A DNA stretch of 64,000 nucleotides. It comes from Bdellovibrionales bacterium (GTDB taxonomy: Bacteria; Bdellovibrionota; Bdellovibrionia; Bdellovibrionales; CAYMLA01). The DNA is taken from assembly GCA_965217115.1 (NCBI GenBank), contig OZ244239.1, positions 1,376,001 through 1,440,000 on the forward strand. The letters run 5' to 3'. Position numbers and translations under genes: made by a program. The first letter of the stretch is position 1. Each line of letters begins with the position of its first letter. Below are positions 1-9,741 of this stretch, in pieces. The notes beneath the pieces were generated by a model. That model was not told the DNA's origin and did no database searches. It saw nothing but the letters and a program-made list of their open reading frames with translations.

Positions 1-936
1 GTCGAGACTTCTGTGGCCTGCACTGTTGAGCAGTTTGAAGTTTTTTAGAATTCCTCTTTTGGTGACGTAGGCTTGGAGGACGACAGTGCCTTCTTTTTTT
101 GCAAATCGATCTTCTAAGCTGTAAACAGGAGGGCGGTTTCCACGGAGAGAGCGTAATTCTGAAATATCACGAACTTTACTTGGAAGGCTCTTTTGTAAAA
201 CGCCTTTTTGTTCCTTTTTCTTACTGACAAGGGCGTCCTGTTTAACTAATTGAACTTTCTTTTTTAGGGGTTTATTTTCAGGAGCTTTTTTTTCTTCAAG
301 AGGTTCATCGACCCATTTTTCTTCGGCGAGGGCAATTTCTTGGCTGATCTCGTCTTCTAAGGCCTGTTCGTGGTTAAGGTCTTCCTCAGCATCCATTTGA
401 TCAAGTTTTTGGCGAATTTTATCGGCAAAAGAGTCACTGGCGAGCGTTTGCTCTTTTTTTGGTTGTTTTTTTTCAACGGGAATGGCGATGTCTGATGATA
501 AATCAGAGGATTTGAGGGCGACGGGGGGGAGCTTCTTTTCAGGAAGTCTCTTTTTAGAAAGCCTCTTTTTAGGAAGCTTCTTTTTAGGAAGCTTCTTTGC
601 AATGAAGGTTTTCAGGATTTTCTTTTTTGGTTTTGGGGTTTTGAGTTTTCTTACTTTTTTTACGATAGGCACAGTTTTTTTGGCCCTCTTAGCTCTCACA
701 GTTTTCTTGGGGGCAAGGGGAGTTGGAGCGATAGATTCATCTTTGATTTGTGTTTTTTGAGCTAAACGGGTGGGCTTGGTGGAGGTGGGCGCAATTTCAA
801 ATTCAATAGTTCCCTGGTTAAGGGGGCGCAGCTGATCAACGGTGACCCAGCTGAGAACAGCAAAAAAAGCAAAATGCAAAACACCTGAAAACAGAAAGTA
901 GCCATTAATTTTTTCGTTATCCCAATGACTCCACAT
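1..936 (-). CDS. tonB: TonB-family energy transducer (3' end runs off the window)
   Basis: Manual translation from ATG at 936 (GGAG SD upstream): N-terminal TM with SxxxH (SGVLH), Lys/Pro-rich spacer, then TonB C-domain start GNRPPVYSLEDRFAKKEGTVVLQAYV...GHRSLD. Absent from the ORF track because it is truncated. Confidence 0.85.
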   Translation of the reverse strand, partial: MWSHWDNEKINGYFLFSGVLHFAFFAVLSWVTVDQLRPLNQGTIEFEIAPTSTKPTRLAQKTQIKDESIAPTPLAPKKTVRAKRAKKTVPIVKKVRKLKTPKPKKKILKTFIAKKLPKKKLPKKRLSKKRLPEKKLPPVALKSSDLSSDIAIPVEKKQPKKEQTLASDSFADKIRQKLDQMDAEEDLNHEQALEDEISQEIALAEEKWVDEPLEEKKAPENKPLKKKVQLVKQDALVSKKKEQKGVLQKSLPSKVRDISELRSLRGNRPPVYSLEDRFAKKEGTVVLQAYVTKRGILKNFKLLNSAGHRSLD

Positions 937-1086
937 GGCTTTATCTCCAAAAAATAAATTCACCTGATGGAAAATACATCAAGAATTGGGCCAAGCTAAG
1001 GACGAAGAGAATTGCTGAGGGGAGAAATCTTTTGAAAAAAATACACAAAATAACGCAATAAGAATAAGTGCGTTAAATAAGTTTAA

Positions 1087-1525
1087 GGTTCTTTGTGATA
1101 AATAGTGGAATTGTTCCCAAGAGACCCATTGACCCATTGATTGAATAGGGCCTTTTTTTCTAGAGTCTCTCCCAAAAGAATCCAGTTCTTTTCGGCGAGT
1201 TTGGCTTGGCGACTTCCATTGCATTTCTCTGCAATGGAAGGTGACAAACGGATGTTTGAGCAAGAAAAGGGCTGGATTCTTTTGGGAGAGATTCTAGAAA
1301 AAAAACGGGTCATCAGAAAAAACTGTCTCCACTATTTTTTGTCATAAAGAGTCCAGTTCTTTTCGGCGAGTTTGGCTTGGCGACTTCCATTGCATTTCCC
1401 TGCAATGGGAGGTGACAAACGGATGTTTGAGCAAGAAAAGGGCTGGATTCTTTTGGGAGAGATTCTAGAAAAAAAACAGCTCATCAGAAAAAAATTGGCT
1501 CCACCATTGTTTGTCATAAAGAATC
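1087..1525. mobile_element. MITE copy 1, with an internal ~171-bp tandem duplication
   Basis: Imperfect terminal inverted repeats (GGTTCTTTGTGATAAATAGTGGA ... TCCACCATTGTTTGTCATAAAGAATC). Flanks AAGTTTAA (1079-1086) and AAATTTAA (1526-1533). Homologous to 49340-49595. Confidence 0.8.
1181..1522. repeat. Two tandem ~171-bp units inside the MITE
   Basis: TCCAGTTCTTTTCGGCGAGTTTGGC... starts at 1181 and again at 1352; the units are near-identical. Confidence 0.9.
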
Positions 1526-1582
1526 AAATTTAATCTGAGACCTATCTCTGTGGGAAAAGCAGTTCTTCCTTAGAGTATTTAA

Positions 1583-2188
1583 TTAGAGTGAAGATTTATT
1601 CTCAATAACTTTATGAACAAGGCCATACTCCACGGCATGATTAGCATTCATCCAGAAATCACGGTCACAGTCTTTTTCGATTTTCTCCAGTGGCTGTCCC
1701 GTTTCTTCAGAGAGAATCTTGTTTAATTTAGATCGTGTTTTAACAATCTCATCGGCAGTGATTTCAATACTTGAAACAGACCCTGTAACGCCACCCTGAA
1801 TAAGAGGTTGATGAATCATGAATTCACAATTTGGCATTGTAAGTCGGTTCTTTTTTTCAGGGGCTTGCAAAATAATAGTAGCAATACTTGCGCAGAGGCC
1901 GGTACAAATAATTTTCACATCAGGTTTGATAAAACGGATTGCATCGTAAATAGCAAAACCAGCATTGACAGATCCCCCTGGAGAATTGAGATAAACAGAG
2001 ATGCTTTTTTTATCGTCATCAGCTTCTAATAGAAAAAGACCTTGAATAAAGTCTTTAGCTGTTTTTGCAGAGATCGCTTCAAAGAGAGTTAATTGACGGG
2101 TTTTTAAAAGTTTTTCATTAAAAGAAATCTCTTTTTCTTTTTTTTCATCTTGTTCTGAAATGATTGGTTGAAAATTAATAAGATTCAT
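1583..2188 (-). CDS. clpP: ATP-dependent Clp protease proteolytic subunit (stand-alone paralog)
   Basis: YLNSPGGSV, GLCASIA (Ser), MIHQP (His), DRDFWM (Asp). Confidence 0.93.
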   Translation of the reverse strand: MNLINFQPIISEQDEKKEKEISFNEKLLKTRQLTLFEAISAKTAKDFIQGLFLLEADDDKKSISVYLNSPGGSVNAGFAIYDAIRFIKPDVKIICTGLCASIATIILQAPEKKNRLTMPNCEFMIHQPLIQGGVTGSVSSIEITADEIVKTRSKLNKILSEETGQPLEKIEKDCDRDFWMNANHAVEYGLVHKVIENKSSL

Positions 2189-2274
2189 TTGGTTGTCCTT
2201 TTTAAAGTAAGATTATCTAGAAGTAGTGTTATTTTATGAAAAATGCAGACATTCGTGTACCGTTTAATGAATAG

Positions 2275-3936
2275 CTAACACAAAGTCGAGGAATGAGACT
2301 GTTTAATTTTTTTACGCATCTGCCAGAGTAGTTGGCTAATATAGGGGCGGCGGTTTTCACCTGTGGTGACCATAAGCAGCTTAGTAATTTTGATATTATC
2401 AGGGTTGGTAAACAAGAGGATAATCATCTCATTTATGAAATTCGTGTTGAGAGTGATGTAATTGTCCGTCCCAACACCGAGAGAGACCCCTTTTTGTTCC
2501 CACCAAGAAAAAGGATGATCTTTGAAATCTTCAAAGCCAAAGGTGAGTTTATTATTAGAGGAGGGCAAAGATGTTAATGAGACCTCTTTAGAGAGCATAC
2601 GATTGAGAACGTCATGTTGATAGGATTCAATTTCTGTGGCTGTATGAAATTTTGTTTTAATAAAGACAGTGAGTTCATCTTCAGATAAAGGAGAGCCTTT
2701 AAGAAGCTTATCACAAACACTCTGGTGAACACCCCAGCTCATATCATTGATTTCATTGTACTCTAAACTGCCTTTCCAGAGAGGTTTTTTCCGTGAATTC
2801 CATTTGGAGACTCGCTGAAAGATACTGTGAAAATAAAAATTAGGATTCATACCTAAACTTAAGCCGTGTTCGAGAGTGTCGATTCTCCATATATTCATGG
2901 CGTTATCGACAGCCTGTATGCCTTTACGCAAAGTGTGCCAGGTTTCTCCGTGGTGGCTGCGGATTTTAAAACCTGAATATTGCAATTTACGAAAACCAAT
3001 TTTCATTTCATTGAAATGAGATTTTTTATAAAGGTCTTTTTCGTCACCAACAGTGTCAACTTCGCAAAGATGTTCTTTGAGAAAACTGTGTTTCTGTAAA
3101 AGGTTGAGAAGGGTTTGTATTTGATCGAGAAAGTGATCGTTCTTAGTTTTAAAATTGTCATCGTCAAAAAACCAAGGCTCTTTACGAAAAGAAGGGGAGA
3201 GGATAAAATTAAAGCGAGGGTTCTCTTGTTGGAATTTTTTAAAGCCTTGGTATAGGCCTAAAACAACATCCTCTGAGGTGATATCTCCAATTCCAGGTAT
3301 TTGTTCGGATGATTGTGAGGCAGAGCGAGAGAGTGTGAATTTTAAGCGAATATGGCCAACATTGTATTTGTTAAAGAGTTCACTAGCCATGTGATAGGCA
3401 GCCTCTTCATGGGCTTGTCGGTCGATGAGAATGAGTTTAGGTAAAAATAAAACCTTAAGATAGTGCTCAAAACGTTGATCTTCTTTGAGGCGAATGAGAG
3501 TGTCCACATCTTCGACGGACTCAATGGGCCAGGCGTTATCACCGTAGATCTCTTTGATCTTCTTCTCATAAAGAGCTTTATGAGCTCCATTTAAAAGAGG
3601 CTTGAGTCGAGGATAAATAAACTCAGCCGACAGTGAGCCAGTTAGGTGAATATGCTCCTCTCTATAGGGAAGAGGAAAAGATTTAAAAAATTCAAAAAGG
3701 GTCTGACCAATAGGGTGTTCAATAAGGTCTTGAATCTCTCGTTTATTCTGTTGAAATTCAGCGAGCTTTTCTTGAAAATCAATAGTGATTTCACGTATTT
3801 GAGTGTTTCCGTCGAGAGAGGTCCAGTAGTCTAAAAGTTCGAGAGAATCAGTAAGAACGATGCCGTTGGTTTCACTAATGATGTGTGTTAGATGATGGGT
3901 GAGTTGATTAAAGAGGTCTTTTGAGAGTTTTTGCAT
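2275..3936 (-). CDS. Adenosine/AMP deaminase-like metallo-amidohydrolase, enlarged (553 aa)
   Basis: EHIHLTGS, SHHGE, LEHG and GTDN motifs in ADA-family order. Confidence 0.7.
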   Translation of the reverse strand: MQKLSKDLFNQLTHHLTHIISETNGIVLTDSLELLDYWTSLDGNTQIREITIDFQEKLAEFQQNKREIQDLIEHPIGQTLFEFFKSFPLPYREEHIHLTGSLSAEFIYPRLKPLLNGAHKALYEKKIKEIYGDNAWPIESVEDVDTLIRLKEDQRFEHYLKVLFLPKLILIDRQAHEEAAYHMASELFNKYNVGHIRLKFTLSRSASQSSEQIPGIGDITSEDVVLGLYQGFKKFQQENPRFNFILSPSFRKEPWFFDDDNFKTKNDHFLDQIQTLLNLLQKHSFLKEHLCEVDTVGDEKDLYKKSHFNEMKIGFRKLQYSGFKIRSHHGETWHTLRKGIQAVDNAMNIWRIDTLEHGLSLGMNPNFYFHSIFQRVSKWNSRKKPLWKGSLEYNEINDMSWGVHQSVCDKLLKGSPLSEDELTVFIKTKFHTATEIESYQHDVLNRMLSKEVSLTSLPSSNNKLTFGFEDFKDHPFSWWEQKGVSLGVGTDNYITLNTNFINEMIILLFTNPDNIKITKLLMVTTGENRRPYISQLLWQMRKKIKQSHSSTLC

Positions 3937-4028
3937 ATCTGACTATAGAGGAAAAATCAAAAACGATCAACATAAGCCCTTGAAAGGGTGAGAAAAAAAT
4001 AAATACGAAATGCAGGGTGAGCCGGGTT

Positions 4029-4967
4029 TTATTTTTTATTTAGATCAATTAAGAAATGCTCTGGTCCCTCGTCGTTCCTATGGGGGCAGTTCTCCTCAGG
4101 GGATTCAAGTTCAATAGTGACGTGATAATTACCGAGTTTTTGAATAATTTGACGAGTTTGTTTCTTTATTTCTGAAAAAGTGGTCAGATTTGGTTCTTTA
4201 GGGTCATTTAAGGAATAAATAAGATGCAAAGAGAGGACATGATGTTCTCCGTCTAAAGACCATGAATGAATATCGTGTACATCTATAATTTCTGGTATGG
4301 AACAGAGTTGTTTTTTCAAAGCTTCTCGGTTGAATTTATCTGGAATTGCTTGCAGGAGAACTTTAAAGGTTTTAATGAGTTGCCTTGCTACATTGAAAAG
4401 GATGAAAGCAGAGAGAGTAATTGCCAAAAGAGGATCTAGCCAAGTTATTTTAAAAAGAATGATAGCCACAGAGCCAATGAGAATGACAACCCAGCCTACG
4501 CAATCTTCTATCAAATGCCATTTAAGCATTTGCTCATTAAGGGATGATCCTTTTGCTAACTTCCAAGCAGCCCAACCGTTGATGACAATGCCCAAAATAG
4601 ATAAGATAAACATACCTTTTCCGTTGGGAAGAGTGTTTGTGCTCAAATTAGAGAGGGTGCTAATAATAACAAAAGTTGAACCGCATAAAATAACAACGCC
4701 TGAAATGAGAGAGGAGAGAGTTGAGAATCTTTGGTAGCCATAGCTGTAGTGTTCGTTGCCTTTTTTGAGAGAAAATCTTTGTAAATACCAGGCAAGGCCT
4801 AATGAAAGAGTGTCACCCAGATCGTGAACAGCATCGGCTATAATGGCAGAGCTTCCGGTGAGAGAGCCACCAACAAATTCTATAAGAACAAAAATAAAAT
4901 TAAGAAAAAAGGCTTTTGCAATATTCTGGCTGGCTTCATGATTGTGATGGTGACAGTATGCGCCCAA
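4029..4967 (-). CDS. Cation diffusion facilitator (CzcD/ZitB-like) transporter
   Basis: His-rich N-terminus, ADAVHDLGD, YSYGYQR, HLIED, HDIHSWSL. Confidence 0.92.
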   Translation of the reverse strand: MGAYCHHHNHEASQNIAKAFFLNFIFVLIEFVGGSLTGSSAIIADAVHDLGDTLSLGLAWYLQRFSLKKGNEHYSYGYQRFSTLSSLISGVVILCGSTFVIISTLSNLSTNTLPNGKGMFILSILGIVINGWAAWKLAKGSSLNEQMLKWHLIEDCVGWVVILIGSVAIILFKITWLDPLLAITLSAFILFNVARQLIKTFKVLLQAIPDKFNREALKKQLCSIPEIIDVHDIHSWSLDGEHHVLSLHLIYSLNDPKEPNLTTFSEIKKQTRQIIQKLGNYHVTIELESPEENCPHRNDEGPEHFLIDLNKK

Positions 4968-5042
4968 GGTAACTCCTACAGCCCGCTTGTTTTTTTTATT
5001 TAGAACTTATGGTAACATATAAAAAAGAAGGAGCAAATTCTT

Positions 5043-5330
5043 ATGACGAGCAAAACAATAGAAGAGGGTGTTTGTGAATCTGATTGGACAGCTTTGTATG
5101 ATCATTATTTGCGTGATGCTTTAATAATGGTGGATATAAGTCTAAATCTTGTAGATGTTGGTTTAAAAGTGGCTAATGATCAAACTCAGATCATGCAGGA
5201 CTGGATTAATAAAGGGTTAATAGGAAAACCAATTAAGAGTCAAACGGAGACATGGAGTATGGATGACCAGAAGAAATTTCTATTTGTGATTGTGCAGCCC
5301 TATGTTCTTGCCCAAGTGATGGAGCATTGA
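5043..5330 (+). CDS. DUF2288-like protein
   Basis: W..L..H..RDALI.V...L.L..V...VA.D pattern and C-terminal IVQPYVLAQ. Confidence 0.7.
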   Translation: MTSKTIEEGVCESDWTALYDHYLRDALIMVDISLNLVDVGLKVANDQTQIMQDWINKGLIGKPIKSQTETWSMDDQKKFLFVIVQPYVLAQVMEH

Positions 5331-5332
5331 GT

Positions 5333-5737
5333 ATGAAAGAGAGAGAGATAATTTTTTTTGACGGTGTCTGTGGTCTATGTAACGGTTTTGTTAGCTCTCT
5401 AGTTAAGATCATTAAAAGGAAAAATATCGAAGGAATTTACTTTTCTCCATTACAGGGAGACGTAGCAAAAAAAATATTACCCGAAGAAAAGAGAAATTCT
5501 CTTGAAAGTATTATCTACTGGCAAGAAGGGCAGTCCCACGAGCGTTCAACAGCGGTTTTAAAAATATTGAAAAAAATAGGAGGTGTTTTCATATTGAGTC
5601 AGGTGTTTCTTTTAGCGCCTCTCTTTTTAAGAGACAAAATTTATAATTGGGTGGCAAAAAACCGTTATAGGTGGTTTGGCAAAAATGAACTATGCCGAGT
5701 GCCATTGGAAGAGGAAAAAAAATATTTTTTACCTTAA
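5333..5737 (+). CDS. DCC-family thiol-disulfide oxidoreductase (DUF393/YuxK-like)
   Basis: FFDGVCGLCN and RD.IY.WVAKNRYRWFG; ATG 5333 follows GGAG. Confidence 0.88.
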   Translation: MKEREIIFFDGVCGLCNGFVSSLVKIIKRKNIEGIYFSPLQGDVAKKILPEEKRNSLESIIYWQEGQSHERSTAVLKILKKIGGVFILSQVFLLAPLFLRDKIYNWVAKNRYRWFGKNELCRVPLEEEKKYFLP

Positions 5738-5786
5738 AAGTGCGTCTCAATAACAAAATCATCTCGGTTGATAATGACAGAAATAT

Positions 5787-5815
5787 AAAAGAACCGAGAC
5801 GGGATCTCGGTTCTT
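5787..5815 (-). terminator. Rho-independent terminator of ahpC
   Basis: Stem AAGAACCGAGA / TCTCGGTTCTT with a 5-nt loop; short U-run on the minus strand. Confidence 0.7.
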
Positions 5816-5825
5816 CATTCTAAAA

Positions 5826-6404
5826 TTATTTATTAGCTAAGTATTTACTCACACTCTGGTGATTTTCTTCGATAGCTTGAGCGCCTTTTTGCCAGTTCGC
5901 AGGACAAACTTCACCATGGTTTTCAAAGTGTTGAAGAGCGTCAATAGTACGAAGTGCTTCGTCAACATTGCGGCCAAGAGGGAGGTCATTAACGATTTGA
6001 TGACGAACTATGCCTTCTTTATCAATAAGGAATAACCCCCGAAAAGCCACATTATCATCTGTGAGGACATCATATTCACGAGCAATTTTTCCGCCAAGAT
6101 CAGAGACGATTCCGTAGGTTGTCCCTTCGATACCGCCCTTGTTTTTAGGGGTGTTGATCCAAGCTAAGTGTGAGAAATGACTGTCGACACTGCAACCGAG
6201 AACTTCGACATTACGATCTTTAAACTCAGATAATTTACTTTGAAAAGTGACAAGCTCAGTTGGACAAACAAAAGTGAAGTCTAAAGGATAAAAGAAAAAA
6301 AGAACATACTTACCCTCGTAGTCTGAAAGTTGAATTTCTTTAGTGTCATTACCAAAAACTGCTTGTGCATTAAAATTAGGTGCCTTTTTACCAACTAAAA
6401 CCAT
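5826..6404 (-). CDS. ahpC: Typical 2-Cys peroxiredoxin
   Basis: FYPLDFTFVCPTE and GEVCPANW; start placed at MVLVGKKAP after an AGGAG SD. Confidence 0.95.
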   Translation of the reverse strand: MVLVGKKAPNFNAQAVFGNDTKEIQLSDYEGKYVLFFFYPLDFTFVCPTELVTFQSKLSEFKDRNVEVLGCSVDSHFSHLAWINTPKNKGGIEGTTYGIVSDLGGKIAREYDVLTDDNVAFRGLFLIDKEGIVRHQIVNDLPLGRNVDEALRTIDALQHFENHGEVCPANWQKGAQAIEENHQSVSKYLANK

Positions 6405-6562
6405 AGGTCTCTCCTTGAATGTAAAGAATAATGAGAGCATTCTGACGCAAAAAGCTTCTTTTGTCTAGTGAGATTATAAAACTAAACCTATAAATATAAA
6501 TTATGTCGTTTTCAGTTTGAGTAAAAAATGATATTAAGTGTCAAAAGAGTGCGAGGTTATTA

Positions 6563-7534
6563 GTGGTTCGTAAGCAGAGGCTTTTACAAGCTGTTGAAAT
6601 TTTAAAGAAAGGGGGAGTTGTCGTTGTGCCGACCGAGACCGTTTATGGTTTGGCCGCGAGCATTGAAAGCCAGTCAGGAGTTGAGAAAATATTTTCTATT
6701 AAAAAGCGACCTTTTTTTGACCCGTTGATTGTGCATATTTCCCGTCAAGAACAGGTTCATCAATTGACAGACTCATGGAGTGAAATTTGTCAGGTTCTCG
6801 TAGATAAATTTTGGCCAGGACCTCTAACTTTGGTTTTACCTAAAACGAAAAAAGTAAGTGATCTTATCACTGCGGGTTTACAAACAGTGGGACTGCGTAT
6901 GCCCCATCACCCTGTTATTTTGGAGCTTATTGATGTCTTGCAAGTTCCTATCGCAGCTCCGAGTGCGAATATATTTAAAAAAACGAGTCCGACAAAGGCT
7001 GAGCATGTGCTAGAGGAGTTTGAGGAGGAAGATTTATTTGTTCTTGATGGAGGAGCCTGCCAAGTTGGTATCGAATCTACGGTGATCGCGGTTGAGGGGA
7101 ATCAATTATCTATTCTAAGACCAGGAGCTGTGACTGAAAAACAGTTACTTGAGGTGCTAGAAAGGTCAAAGCTCCCTTTCTTTTTAAACAAGTTAGGGAA
7201 GAATTTATCTGCCTCGCCAGGACATATGAAAGAACATTACATGCCAACAAAACCCCTCATCTTGTGGACAAGATCGTGGCAAAAGGGATCTATGGATGAA
7301 ATTTTAGACAAGGCTCAAGAAATAGCTATTGATGTTAAGAAAATAAAAGGCAGTGAATTGAAACTCTTGTCTGATCCTGTGCTTGCAGCTCGTACATTGT
7401 ATTCACAAATGCGTGAACTTTCGCAACAAAGTGAAGTGACTTTTATTTATTGTATTTGGTCTCAGAAAAAAGATCAGGATCTATGGGCTGCTATCTGGAA
7501 CCGTTTAGACAAGGCTTCGTCCTACTGTTTTTGA
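6563..7534 (+). CDS. sua5: L-threonylcarbamoyladenylate synthase (Sua5 type)
   Basis: PTETVYGLAA, KKRP..DPLIVH, WPGPLT, AAPSAN, GIESTV, SPG...HY.P. Confidence 0.93.
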   Translation: MVRKQRLLQAVEILKKGGVVVVPTETVYGLAASIESQSGVEKIFSIKKRPFFDPLIVHISRQEQVHQLTDSWSEICQVLVDKFWPGPLTLVLPKTKKVSDLITAGLQTVGLRMPHHPVILELIDVLQVPIAAPSANIFKKTSPTKAEHVLEEFEEEDLFVLDGGACQVGIESTVIAVEGNQLSILRPGAVTEKQLLEVLERSKLPFFLNKLGKNLSASPGHMKEHYMPTKPLILWTRSWQKGSMDEILDKAQEIAIDVKKIKGSELKLLSDPVLAARTLYSQMRELSQQSEVTFIYCIWSQKKDQDLWAAIWNRLDKASSYCF

Positions 7535-7545
7535 CTGATTTTCCG

Positions 7546-8841
7546 TTAAATAAGAATACCAGCAATAGAAGCGGTCATAAAGGCGGCCAAAGACCCTCCA
7601 ATCATGGCTTTGATTCCTATCTTGGCAAGATCTGATTTTCTCCTCGGTGCAATTTCTCCGATGCCTCCGATTTGGATAGCGATAGATGTGAAATTTGCGA
7701 AACCACTTAAAGCATAGGAGAGAATGATCACCGTTCTATCCGAGAGTTGGCTGCCTAAATTAGAGAGATGAACGTAAGAGACGAATTCATTGAGAACAAT
7801 TTTTTCTCCTAACAAAGCTCCTGCAGTTGTGGCTTCGCTCCAGGGGATCCCCATAATAAAAGCTAGGGGAGAAAAAATCCAACTAAGAAGGACTTGTAGA
7901 CTTAATTGAACTTGCCCTTCTTTTAGAAGAGCAGATGGAACAAGGGATTGTCCCCAGCTTTGAAAATTGACCCATTCACCGACAACTGTAAACATAGAAT
8001 TAACCATAGCAATCAGAGCGATAAAAACTAAGAGCATAGCGCCGACATTGAAAGCAAGCTTTAATCCATCGGTGGCGCCGTTGGCTGCAGCTTCGATAAC
8101 ATTGACATCAGAAGATTTAAAGTCTTTGGGTGATTTGCCAAGGGTTTCTGGTTTTTGTGTCTCGGGAACCATGATTTTGGCAATAGCTAAAGCGGCAGGT
8201 GCCGACATCACACTGGCAGTGAGTAGGTGTCCCGCAATATCAGGTATTCGTTCAATGAGCAGTCCAACATAGGCCGCCAACACTCCTCCTGCGACAGTGG
8301 CCATACCGCCAACCATAACAGAATTGAGTTCAGATTTGGTCATTTTATCTATGTAGGGACGAATAAGTAGAGGAGCTTCTGTTTGCCCGACAAAAATGTT
8401 GGCAGAGGCGGAAAGAGACTCTGCGCCACTTGTCCCCATTGTTTTTTGCATGATAATAGCCATCCATTTCACGATTTTTTGTATAATTCCAAGGTAGTAA
8501 AGAATAGACATCAGAGAGGAAAAGAAAATAATAGTGGGAAGAATTTGTAGAGCAATAATAAAGCCTGATTTCTTTATATCCATCAAAGATGAAAATAAAA
8601 AAGCACTTCCCTCATTGGTGAAATTCAATAAAGCTATAAAGGCTTGATTGGCTGCATTAAACAGAGGTCTTAAGGGACCAGAAATATCAAGAGCCGGAAT
8701 GCCCAAAACAAGAAGCCCAAAGACAATTTGTAAAACACAACCGATAATAACGGGTCTAAATTTAATGGCTTTTTTATTCTCAGATAGGAGATAGGCTATG
8801 AAGATCAATAAAAATAAGCCAAAAAAGCTCATTATACGCAT
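7546..8841 (-). CDS. nupC: Concentrative nucleoside transporter (NupC/CNT family)
   Basis: NIFVGQTEAPL, GMATVAGG, KIVLNEFV.Y, GFANF.SI.IQIGG. Confidence 0.93.
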   Translation of the reverse strand: MRIMSFFGLFLLIFIAYLLSENKKAIKFRPVIIGCVLQIVFGLLVLGIPALDISGPLRPLFNAANQAFIALLNFTNEGSAFLFSSLMDIKKSGFIIALQILPTIIFFSSLMSILYYLGIIQKIVKWMAIIMQKTMGTSGAESLSASANIFVGQTEAPLLIRPYIDKMTKSELNSVMVGGMATVAGGVLAAYVGLLIERIPDIAGHLLTASVMSAPAALAIAKIMVPETQKPETLGKSPKDFKSSDVNVIEAAANGATDGLKLAFNVGAMLLVFIALIAMVNSMFTVVGEWVNFQSWGQSLVPSALLKEGQVQLSLQVLLSWIFSPLAFIMGIPWSEATTAGALLGEKIVLNEFVSYVHLSNLGSQLSDRTVIILSYALSGFANFTSIAIQIGGIGEIAPRRKSDLAKIGIKAMIGGSLAAFMTASIAGILI

Positions 8842-8947
8842 GAAAAGTCCTTGTTAAAAGTGAATTTTCCTCTATGAGTCCCATATAAGTGATGGGTGAT
8901 CAATAAATAAGAGTAAAAAAAACAGAGCAGAGGGAGGTTGTAGCAGG

Positions 8948-9676
8948 TTAAAACCTACGAATCAGCCCGACAAGAACTCCTTTGATTTGTACTTCATCAG
9001 GAGAGAACCACATAGAATCCATGTTGTCGTTGGCAGGTCTTAATTCAACACAGGGGCCGTCAAAGCCTGCACTTTCGTGTTTACTATAAGTATAGAGGTG
9101 TTTCACCGTGGCCTCGTTGTCGATCGTTGCAACAACAGTTTCTCCGTTGTTAGCGTCTTCTTGTTTTTGCACGAGAATAATATCCTCATCATAAATGCCG
9201 TCGTTAATCATGGACTCCCCCACGACTTTTAGTGCAAAGGATTTACTGGGAGATCTGATCAGGGAAGGGGGGATGTCTATGTATTCATCGTGGGATATTG
9301 CCTCGATGGGTGAGCCGGCAGCAACAAAGCCCATAAGCGGAAGAGAGAGAAGTTCATTTGTGGGTAGAGCATGGGGTGTTTGGAGGAGACTAGGCGGAGA
9401 GGAGGGAGCATTTTTAAAAGAATTGGCTCCATGTAGAATTTTAAGAGCCCGTTTTTGATTTTCCCCTGGATTGTGAATATATCCTTTGTTGTGAAGTTGC
9501 TTTAGATATCTTTGTACTGAATTGTAAGAGGCAAAACCAAAATGATCTTTGATCTCTGCATAAGAAGGGCTATAGTTTTTACGCTTTGTGTAAAGCTCTA
9601 AAAACTCTAAGAACCCTTTTTCCTTGGGAGTGAGTGAGGGCAAAGTTAGGGAGGAGCTTTGCGAAGTTATTGTCAT
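8948..9676 (-). CDS. lexA: LexA repressor
   Basis: N-terminal HTH (SPSYAEIKDHFGFAS), VAAG cleavage site, GESM Ser, ATVK Lys. Confidence 0.95.
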   Translation of the reverse strand: MTITSQSSSLTLPSLTPKEKGFLEFLELYTKRKNYSPSYAEIKDHFGFASYNSVQRYLKQLHNKGYIHNPGENQKRALKILHGANSFKNAPSSPPSLLQTPHALPTNELLSLPLMGFVAAGSPIEAISHDEYIDIPPSLIRSPSKSFALKVVGESMINDGIYDEDIILVQKQEDANNGETVVATIDNEATVKHLYTYSKHESAGFDGPCVELRPANDNMDSMWFSPDEVQIKGVLVGLIRRF

Positions 9677-9712
9677 TGTCTGGGCCCTCACAGGGTAAGT
9701 AGTTTACTTAGC

Positions 9713-9741
9713 ATCTTATGTGTAAATTAAGTGTAAGTCAA
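9713..9741 (-). promoter_or_regulatory. Sigma70-type lexA promoter with a TTACAC direct repeat overlapping the spacer
   Basis: Minus strand TTGACT (9741-9736), 17 bp, TAAGAT (9718-9713); TTACAC-N5-TTACAC lies across the spacer. Confidence 0.6.

Noticed and set aside
357..950. ORFs 357-602, 482-760 and 762-950
   Set aside because: Alternative frames of the low-complexity tonB gene, including its 15-bp KKLPK-type repeats.
979..1517. ORFs of 61-94 aa around 1-1.5 kb
   Set aside because: They lie largely inside the MITE and its duplication; no transposase motifs.
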